64,000 nt of DNA. It comes from Hemiscyllium ocellatum (lineage: Eukaryota). Position numbers and translations under genes: made by a program. The notes under the pieces were generated by a model. It was given only the letters and a program-made list of their open reading frames with translations, was not told where the DNA came from and ran no database searches. Shown piece after piece: positions 52,701-60,245 of this stretch (positions are counted from its first letter, which is position 1; the number at the start of each line of letters is the position of its first letter). The stretch spans positions 45,536,496 through 45,600,495 of the forward strand of contig NC_083431.1 of the NCBI RefSeq assembly GCF_020745735.1. The letters are read 5' to 3'.

Positions 52701-55194
52701 TTGTTAAAACTGCTAAATAATTAACTTTTTTTTTTGAACGGCCAGTGCTGTATAGAAGTCTCTTGAATGACAGTGAGGATGAGCTCCAATGAGACACACC
52801 AAAGAATTTAAGGCAAAGACTGAGGTAGACTAAAGGGAGAAGACAGAAAAGGAGACAACTACAGTCACAGTGAAAGACAGACCATTATTAATATCAAATA
52901 ACACATCAGAAAAATGCCATTTGAGGGAGATACATGTGCAGAGGAACCTCGATGATCCGAATGAGATGGGCGGGCACTATTTCGTTCAGATAATTAATTA
53001 TCCGGTTAACTGATTTGCTCTGGAGCTTGGAGTTTTCTGTGAGGTCTGCTTCCTATTCAGGAGACCAGGCAAAAAACACACTGTACAGGAGACCCATCCC
53101 GTCCAACAACTCAAATAATTGATATCCGAATAACCAAGGTTCCTTTGTATATTTATCAGCTTCGGGTTTGGTTATCCTTAAATTCTTTATGGTCATGAAA
53201 ACATAATACTAACCATATCATATTCCTCTGGATCAGTAGCCATTCCTCGCATTCCATACCGCTGAGCATCTTTTGACAGTCTGTTTGCAAACTCTTCCGC
53301 TGTTCCTGTTTGAGAGCCGTAAAACACAACTATGTTTTTTCCCTGCAGGGAAGAACACAAAGGCACAAAGATATTTCAGGATCTCTGAAAGTGGTGCATG
53401 GCATTCTCAGCAGTTAGTGTAACATGGACACAGTCTGTCAGCTTTTTTTTCCCCGCAGTGCCGAATGTCATTAGGATCTCAAAGCATCTTTAATGTTGAG
53501 GTAAGATAGCATAGGAAGCAGTAGAAAAAGTATTAACATACACGTGTACAAACATTTGATGAGAACAGGAGGGAGCTTGACTGATAATCGAACAGTTTAC
53601 GGATAGTACCCATCAAGATGCTCATGTGAGGGAGCAGTTAGTCATTTGAGCAAGGTGTAGGAGGATGCAAATGAAATCTCATCGCAGCGGCTCAAGGTGA
53701 AGGAAAAAGATTGGAAGGAAAAAAAACTAATGAAGGGAACACACTGGATAATGGCAGTCTGGATCACAGATTAGCTCAGGTACAGGAACCAAAGGGCTGT
53801 GGAAGAGATGGATTGTCTCTGACCAGACAAATCTGAGATAGTCAGGTGATGCTAGAGTGCATATTAACTGCTCCCAAATGTTAATCCTGTAGATGTCGAC
53901 CTCTCCCCCTCAAAACCTATTGACTAAAAGTTAAATCTTAGAAACTTGACTTTTACATGTATACTGTACTTGATTTAAAAGAACATAAAGCAACAAATGA
54001 TTACAGCAAGTTTTGAGAAGATTTGCAGCTCAGTTTGAGGTTTTGGATGTAGGTTTGCTCGCTGAGCTGAAAGGTTCATTTCCAGATGTTTTGTTACCTT
54101 ACTAGGTAACATCTTCAGTGGACCCCACGCGAAGTAATGCTGAAAATTCCTGCTTTCTATTTATATGTTTGGGTTTGGTGATGTTATTTCCTGTGGTGAA
54201 GTCACTTCCGGTTCCTTTTCTCAGAAGGTGGTAGATGGGGGTCTAACTCGATGTGTTTGTTGAGAGTTCCGGTTGGAATGCCATGCTTCTAGGTGTGAGT
54301 AAACCTACATCCACAAATGATTATGCTGGAAATTTTCTTGGTTGGGTTGGAAGTGGTGTGGGACAAGCATTGACAACATACCTCAGGAAAGATGTACTAA
54401 CCCTAAAAAGGAGCAGAGTTGGTTTATCAGCCCATTTCTAGGGATGAAGAAATTCAGTTTTCCATGGCACTGAGAAGCTCAATATATAGTACAACAGATT
54501 TTCAAGATGGAGAGATTTTGATAAGTGTAGTTAGAGAAAAATTATTTTCTCTTGAAAATGGCTCAATTAACAAAAAGGCCATATATCTTGGCAGAAAGAT
54601 CTAGAGGAAAGATTAGAGGTTCTTGATATACTCAGTTGCCAAAAGCCAAGATTTTAAACCGAAGAGGTGACAGAAGTGGATCTTTTTTTAGATTGTATAA
54701 TTCTGTTTTTCTTAAATGAAAAAGAAGATAGAAAAGATACTCAACAATAAGAAACTTATGGGGTTACAGAAGAAGGGGAGGGGGCTTGATAGCTCCCTCT
54801 AACATTCAGTGCTAGTCTCATTGGTCTCCAGTACTACAGGTTTCTGAGATTCTACAATTCTAAACCTGAAAGGGGCTTCAGAGAAGGACAAGGACCGATC
54901 CATAGATGTTTTGGAGAAGAGATTACAGGTATTGGGATTTTCAACTTGGCAGAGCTTCTTGTGGAATTACATAAGAACAGCAACAATGTGCATTCAGAAC
55001 ATAACCAAATTAAACCCAGCTGCTGGGTAAAGTTGAAACTAGTACAAGGCAATTAGGGGCGACAGAAGGTTTATGGAGGGGATCGATTCTCTCCCATCAC
55101 CAATTGATTACACCCATAGAATATCACAGTGAAAGATGCACTTACTGTTTTCTTCATCTTTTCAATGAAACTGGTTTCTCGTATTGTTGGTACC
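25652..55194 (-). CDS. POR: NADPH-cytochrome P450 reductase, spliced CDS lacking the first coding (membrane-anchor) exon; 14 exons
   Basis: Exons translate to FMN-domain motifs ([47 protein letters not shown]), FAD motifs ([14 protein letters not shown]), NADPH motifs ([24 protein letters not shown]) and C-terminal DVWS*. Exon sizes 49,129,150,125,90,99,117,119,182,150,268,146,86,145 bp, all GT-AG and in frame. Confidence 0.98.
25850..26035 (-). mobile_element. Old SINE fragment resembling Deu-domain (SacSINE1-like) elements; similar pieces near 690-850 and 50780-51090
   Basis: Minus strand resembles CCTGG.CAATA....TCA...CATTATGGTCATTATT...GCTG..TGTGGG.CCT..CTGTG..CAAA.TGGCTGCC; recognised from memory only. 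Confidence 0.45.
26671..26756 (-). CDS. POR: POR exon 15 equivalent (86 bp)
   Basis: [28 protein letters not shown]. Confidence 0.97.
28714..28859 (-). CDS. POR: POR exon 14 equivalent (146 bp)
   Basis: [48 protein letters not shown]. Confidence 0.97.
29935..32733 (-). mobile_element. Young CR1-clade LINE with APE endonuclease and RT, 5'-truncated, with internal deletions and nonsense changes
   Basis: [42 protein letters not shown] endonuclease motifs. RT nearly identical to 6403-8009, with TAG/TGA where that copy has GAG/TGG. (TTCTATG)n tail at ~29935. Confidence 0.95.
33650..33995 (+). mobile_element. CR1 LINE 3' end
   Basis: AATTTCTTCAGCCACAGG..GGTG..TCTGTGGAACTCATTGC and GGGCCAAATGGCCTAATTCTGCTCCT tail. 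Confidence 0.75.
34090..34357 (-). CDS. POR: POR exon 13 equivalent (268 bp)
   Basis: [30 protein letters not shown]...[24 protein letters not shown]. Confidence 0.97.
35295..35444 (-). CDS. POR: POR exon 12 equivalent (150 bp)
   Basis: [50 protein letters not shown]. Confidence 0.97.
35640..36555 (-). mobile_element. CR1/HER1-like 3' end split by an HE1 SINE
   Basis: LINE 3' sequence at 35640-36050 resumes at ~36363 (…CAGCCT|…CTATTCAGCCT…). Confidence 0.8.
36052..36362 (+). mobile_element. HE1-type V-SINE (elasmobranch)
   Basis: tRNA-like head (CAGTGGTTAGCACTGCTGCCTC; GGTTCGATTCC B box), V-domain TGTGGAGTTTGCACATTCTC..GTGTCTGTGTGGTTTCCTCTGGGTGCTCCGGTTTCCTCCCACA, and an (ATCTA)-type tail. 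Confidence 0.88.
37087..37268 (-). CDS. POR: POR exon 11 equivalent (182 bp)
   Basis: [60 protein letters not shown]. Confidence 0.97.
38404..38522 (-). CDS. POR: POR exon 10 equivalent (119 bp)
   Basis: [39 protein letters not shown]. Confidence 0.97.
38900..39265 (-). mobile_element. Old Penelope-like GIY-YIG region fragment
   Basis: Minus strand resembles [13 protein letters not shown]...[19 protein letters not shown] and [10 protein letters not shown], paralleling 19200-19580. Confidence 0.65.
39411..40033. mobile_element. Tigger/pogo-like (Tc1/mariner superfamily) MITE
   Basis: TA|CAGAGGAAACGCGATTATCTGAA ... TTCGGATAATTGAGGTTCCCCTG|TA: ~23-bp TIRs with TA flanks, no transposase. Confidence 0.8.
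40507..40623 (-). CDS. POR: POR exon 9 equivalent (117 bp)
   Basis: [38 protein letters not shown]. Confidence 0.97.
41880..42083. mobile_element. Fold-back family-1 PLE-terminal element, 11-bp TSD
   Basis: CCTGATCTCAG at 41869-41879 and 42084-42094; minus strand CTGATGA-A-GGGC-TTTT-GCCC-AAAA-CATC. Confidence 0.8.
42173..42483 (-). mobile_element. HE1-type V-SINE
   Basis: Reverse complement of the same head and V-domain as 36052-36362. Confidence 0.88.
43639..43737 (-). CDS. POR: POR exon 8 equivalent (99 bp)
   Basis: [32 protein letters not shown]. Confidence 0.97.
44272..44361 (-). CDS. POR: POR exon 7 equivalent (90 bp)
   Basis: [29 protein letters not shown]. Confidence 0.97.
44820..45850 (+). 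mobile_element. Old CR1 ORF2 fragment interrupted by a younger CR1 3' end (45060-45507, minus strand)
   Basis: Host reads ...KIDKEV|LDKL... across the insert; insert encodes [34 protein letters not shown] and has a (TTCTATG)-type tail. Confidence 0.8.
45950..46480 (-). mobile_element. CR1/L2 ORF1 (esterase-like) remnant
   Basis: Minus strand CCAGTTGTGGTCCATGTTGGCACCAACAAC = [10 protein letters not shown], typical of SGNH-like ORF1. Confidence 0.55.
47764..47888 (-). CDS. POR: POR exon 6 equivalent (125 bp)
   Basis: [41 protein letters not shown]. Confidence 0.97.
49085..49505 (-). mobile_element. LINE 3' end (same family as 1-670 and 63655-64000) with expanded (GGT)n
   Basis: CATTTATTGCCCATCCCTAGTTGCCCTTGAG(GTG)n..CTTCTTGAA..GCTGCAGTCCATG..AAGTCAGGATGG. 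Confidence 0.75.
50382..50531 (-). CDS. POR: POR exon 5 equivalent (150 bp)
   Basis: [50 protein letters not shown]. Confidence 0.97.
52939..53147. mobile_element. Short Tigger-like MITE related to 39411-40033 (opposite orientation)
   Basis: CAGAGGAACCTCGATGATCCGAA...GATGGGCGGGCACTATTT matches the reverse complement of the right end of 39411-40033; right TIR ...GAATAACCAAGGTTCCTTTG|TA. Confidence 0.7.
53214..53342 (-). CDS. POR: POR exon 4 equivalent (129 bp)
   Basis: [43 protein letters not shown]; AG/GT flanks. Confidence 0.97.
54004..54312 (-). mobile_element. Penelope-like 3' end with ORF C-terminus, hammerhead motif, short inverted tip and 11-bp TSD
   Basis: Minus strand [18 protein letters not shown]; TCCA-CTGAAGA-T-GTTACCT-AGTA-AGGTAAC-AAAA-CATC-TGGA at 54122-54081; ACAAATGATTA at 53993-54003 and 54313-54323. 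Confidence 0.8.
55146..55194 (-). CDS. POR: POR exon (human exon 3 equivalent, 49 bp)
   Basis: ttgcag|G GTA CCA ACA...AAA ACA|gtaagt; [16 protein letters not shown]. Confidence 0.93.
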
Positions 55195-55914
55195 CTGCAA
55201 ACACCAGACATACCAATTATTCAGACAAGTTGGAGGTTTACGTAGAGTTTTCAGCAAGATCTGGTCCATAAATTTCACATTGCTGCACATGAAAACAGGC
55301 TCAGTGAGGAGTAATATCCTTTCACCCATGAGCTTTTGAACAACCACTATGGTTATCTAGTGCACTCTTAACTAAAAACTACAGGAACAGGCATCTGCAG
55401 CCAGACACTCACCTTGCACCAATATGTTTTTTTCCACAAAAATCACTAAATTCATATCAAACAAACTTTTGTCTCAAAAATAAACCATTTGGTCCACCCT
55501 ATATTTGCTGATTGTTTGCATGGCTCACTATCTAGCTAAAAAAAATGTAGTATCCACGAATTCTCAGAGCTTCACTGTGCACAAATCAAAACCTTTCCCT
55601 ATAGCCTGTGGTCAAATCCAGCGCAATCTGACGTATTGAAAGGCTGCTGGTTATAATACAGTTGTATGAAATATGTTGAGCAGTTGCAGTTTCTAATGAG
55701 CATATTCCAGAGCTGTTTCTTTGCTAATCTTACTGAGGAACTTCCAAACAGCAAAGAACAGGCAGGGGAATACAAAATACTGGAAAACAGTGGGTAACAG
55801 AGCAATCCCAAACAACATGGGGCAAAATGTAGCTACATAATGTTACACACAAAAAGAAAAAGAAATCACAAAAACAATCCTATCCCTTTAGAACAGAAAC
55901 TACCGGAGAAACTT

Positions 55915-56140
55915 AGCATGCTTGCCTTTATTGGTCAATGCATTGAGTATGGGAGTTGGGAGATCATGTTGTGGCTGTACAGATTGTTGGTTTGGCCACT
56001 TTGGAATATTACGTGCAATTCTGGTCTCCTTCCTATAGGAAGGATGTTGTGAAACTTGAAAGGGTTCAGAAAAGATTTACAACGATGTTGGTAGGGTTGG
56101 AGGGTTTGAGCTAAAGGGAGAGGCTGAATAGGCTGAGGGT
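55915..56140 (+). mobile_element. CR1 ORF2 C-terminal fragment
   Basis: LAFIGQCIEYGSWEIMLWLYRLLVWPL…. Confidence 0.75.
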
Positions 56141-56435
56141 TGATTTCCAACAGCTTTGATGTTATGTGCCTTTAAGACAATACCCTGGGCAACCAATGAA
56201 CTCCACCGACCAGTTTGTGCATGAGGTGTCAATATGCACCATATCTAGCCAACAATCAGAGCAATTAGCATTTCAGGTTTTCAGTTGATACTTAGTACGG
56301 ATTTGTACCTTGGCAAAAGAATGGCATAACCTTCATGATTCTGAGTCACACAACAAACCTATCTTCCAGTGACTACCTGAAAAAAGTGCCACTGGGGCCT
56401 TAGAAAGACACCATTCTTCACTATGACCACTATAA

Positions 56436-56457
56436 GAGACAGACAGACAGACAGACA

Positions 56458-56505
<48 letters not shown>
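56436..56505. repeat. Compound (GACA)n(CA)n microsatellite
   Basis: Direct reading. Confidence 0.95.
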
Positions 56506-56507
<2 letters not shown>

Positions 56508-56867
56508 CTGACCTCCTTCCAAACAACTGAAAAACCATAGAAAAATTAAACTGCAAATGGTTTTCACACTTAGTATGAAGATAACATAGAAATCATATCT
56601 GGCTTCACTGATATCCTGCAGATAACTGTTTAAAATAAATTGAGAAGCTGTTTATGATTTGATCTCATTTGCTGGGGCATTAATTAAATGCTGAGCTTTT
56701 CTTTTCATTGCAGCAGTTTCCAAAACAAAAAAATGAAGATCATAATTCCAATAGGATTGCTTAACCAAACAAAATACAACACCAAGACATATCAAACCAC
56801 AGTGATATTAAACAGGCCAATAAAGTCACATGAACAAAGTCTACCACCATGCTGAACGGGCTTAGAG

Positions 56868-57091
56868 AAAGTGAGGACTGCAGATGCTGGAGATCAGAGC
56901 TGAAAATGTGTTGCTGGAAAAGCGCAGCAGGTCAGGCAGTATCCAAGGAGCAGGAGAATCGATGTTTCGGGCATAAGCCCTTTTTCAGGAATCCTTCTTC
57001 CTGAAGAAGGGCTTATGCCCGAAACGTCAATTCTCCTGCTCCTTGGATGCTGCCTGTCCTGCTGCGCTTTTCCAGCAACACATTGTACTGC
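56868..57091. mobile_element. Fold-back family-1 PLE-terminal element; + strand hammerhead core intact at 57001-57028
   Basis: Arms 56905-56990 and ~56997-57084; CTGAAGA-A-GGGC-TTAT-GCCC-GAAA-CG-TC; CTTAGAG at 56861-56867 and 57092-57098. Confidence 0.8.
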
Positions 57092-58889
57092 CTTAGAGTC
57101 TCTTTTAGTTACTTTTCTGAAATATTTAAGTTTGACAGAGACAGAGTTACATCACTAACACTTCTGTACAAATGGGAGAGGGGTACTTTATATTAAATCT
57201 AATTTGCAATATAATGAGCGAATTGAAAAACGGCTTTACACAATTAAACATGATTGAATTTAAAAAAAAGGTGCGCCACAAACATAGTGAAGTGCTTTTG
57301 GGTTTTCACTAATATCCCCTTGTTCTACATTTATGTAGACCCAAGAAGAGGGAAAGAATCCATTTCATTACCAGTCTTCATCCATCCATTAATCTAAGCT
57401 TCCCTCTTGCCCAGAGAGAGTGCACACAAGACAGTGCAGCAAATGTTTCAGCAAACTTGGAAGTTTGAGCCAGACAAGTGGGTCAAGGGAGCAGTCAACC
57501 AGCCACAAATCAGGAAGATCACGGATAGAGAAGAGGGGAAATCTTAGGCATCAAGGCAGCAGCGTGATTGATGGAGCAAAAGTATTGAGATTGTTGTGGA
57601 AATAGGGAGTGCAGCATGGGTAACTATCATGTCACCTAGTCAGCCAACTGGATGCAAGTGTCGGAGTGGCAGGAATGAACAAAAGGTTTACAGAAACCAT
57701 GTTTGGAGGAGTTACACAGAGAGAATAGGCCAACCAGAGGCAAATGTAAGGCAAATGTTTAGATTAGATTAGGTGTTGTTAGATTATGACTTAAATGCAT
57801 GCAAGACTTGATAAAATACAATTTTGACTTACATCAATTTGTCAAAATTAACATTGATGATTCAACAAAATTCAAAGATTATTTAAATTTTGGAAATGTT
57901 GCTGTTGATAAAGCAGTTTGTCGATTGGTACAATCAGAGACCTGAGCTAGGCCACATCTTGGATCCCTTCAATGCTCAAATTAGGACAAGAAAATAATTA
58001 GCCTAAATTGACAGAGTTAAACATTTACAATTCTGTTTGTGAGAAGTAGTGAAGATAGACTTAAAACAGAACATGAAAACTACTGCAAAGAGCAAACAGA
58101 TTTCACTGACTGTAACATCTCTGTACTTATTTGTTCATGGTTCACCTAGAGCAGGCAGCTATCATGTGACCTGCCAACTAGACTAAGACCCACTGACTCC
58201 AGGCACAGGAGGCAGTATTTACTGCATTTCAATGCTGTGCCTGAAACCAGTAAAACCACCAAATAGGCACAGAAGAAATCCAGTGACAAAAGGAAGTCAC
58301 GGAAGTAAAATGCTGCAGAAATTATTCCCTGCTCTGTAGAGCATCATAGTTGATTCAGCTAATAAGGTCAGACAAATCGATGGCTAGGACTACAGATAAA
58401 TATGGCATGGCCTTAAATTTTATAAACAATTGATGTGACTCTCTCAGAAGTATACCACTTCAAGAGATCAGCAATCAATGTCTGATGGCACAGTAATAGA
58501 ATGAGGCCATTCAGCCCATTGAACTTTATCAATTAGATCTTTTGAACTCATTTGAACAGATGGCTTCCAGATCCTTTAGTTTGTTTCTGTTTTAAAGAGG
58601 CCAACAAGATCAGGTTTGAAATTTTTAATTAACCAAGTGACAACAGCTTACTGCAGGGGGCGGGGGAGGAGGGAGAGCGCATCCCGATATCCACAATCGT
58701 TTTTGTGAACGGATTCCGAACATCTCACCAAAAGGTACTCGTTCAAATTTAAGTCCATGCCCCCTTGTTCTGGAGTGCCAGAAGAAATACTTTCTCCACA
58801 CACCTGACTGAAATCTTTCTTCATCACAATAGATCACCGCTTAATCTTCAATACTCAAGTGAATGCAAATCTTGCTCATACAAATCATT

Positions 58890-59110
58890 CGTGGTGGGGG
58901 GGGGGGGGGGGGGAAGAGTGGGGAGGAGGAGAAGAAGGGGGAGAGGGCAAGGGTGAGGGGTCAGGAGGGCGAGGGATGGGGGAGGAGGGTGGCGAGTCAG
59001 GAGACAGGCGTGAGGGTGGCTGTATGGGATTGGGGTGCTTGAGTGCATTGGGAGTGAATGAGTGAGTGAGAGAGAGAGACTGTGGGTGGGGGGTGGTGAC
59101 TGTGGGTGGG
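58890..59110. repeat. G/purine-rich low-complexity tract
   Basis: Poly-G run and repeated GGG/GGAGG/GGGT. Confidence 0.85.
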
Positions 59111-60201
59111 ATGTTCAGAGGGTCAGTGTGGCCTGAATGGCCTGCTTTCACACTGTAGAGATTCCATGATCTTCCCATTCTACACTTTGCCACATCCCTT
59201 GTGTGGTAGTTGGTATAGAGGCAGGGTTTCTCAAACAAAAACAGACACCTACCCATTCACAAGCTCTTTATGCAGTGCCTCACTGCAGCAGTCCCCAAGG
59301 CCACAGCCAACAAAACAACAGGCGGAATTTAAAGAGGCCTAGAAGCTGCCAGGAATTGTCCAAACCTCACAGTAGCCATTGTTGTCTCAGAGTTCATGAC
59401 CCCAAAACCTTATCCTGTGACTACACTGGTCTGACCCACTGGTTGGGAAGCCCTGACCTGTCACTACCTCTTATGGTGTTAAGTTACACATTCTAACCAC
59501 TTTCTGCACATGGAAAGGTGATACCTTCCTTGATCATTGGAGGAAAGACTAGATCACGGGGGTGGGGGGGCAGAAAGAGAAGAATGACCTGAAACATAAA
59601 CCTAGAACATTTGGAAATGTCACAAAGCACTCACTCAGAGAGCAATGTGAAACATCTTCTAAAAGAGCCATTTAGGCATTTCAATTAACTATCTCAAAGT
59701 AAATAAATAAGACGGATAGATTCTTGTTATGCAGGTAGAGTGTGTTGATATATAAATCAAATCGGTCATAATATTATTGAATAGCAGAATAGAATCAAGA
59801 GGCTGACTACCTTATTTCTGTTCCTATGTTTTGCTTTGGCCTCAAAACAGGAGAATGATTAGTTGCTAAACCGAACAAAAGGTTGATTAATTATATAACA
59901 GCCAAATCCTGTTGATAGTAAGATGTCTGAGCCATTCAGTCTTCTATGCAAGTAGGCTGCAGTCAGACATTGCTAGGAATCATGCCTTGGTCAATCACTA
60001 TTCAAATTATAGTCTTCGAGCTTCTAGTCTCAACAAAGTAGGCAATCAAACCCAGACAAGACTCATTTACCTTATTTTCTGGTTTGGCCTGTTTGATGTA
60101 CAGATAAGGTTTGGAAAAGGGTGTCACCTTGTTAATGGATAAAATCCCAAATCAGAACAAGCTTTTGTTAACTCCACAGAGGACAAACTAGATTTTTTTT
60201 C

Positions 60202-60203
<2 letters not shown>

Positions 60204-60242
<39 letters not shown>
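60204..60242. repeat. (GT)n microsatellite
   Basis: Direct reading. Confidence 0.95.

Positions 60243-60245
<3 letters not shown>

Noticed and set aside
3250-57100. Most PLE-terminal units point the same way
   Set aside because: Counter-examples exist (~27740-27845, ~46940-47060, 18470-19680) and the sample is too small.
58890-59110. Functional G-quadruplex
   Set aside because: G-tracts are present but look like simple-repeat expansion next to a SINE tail; nothing supports function.
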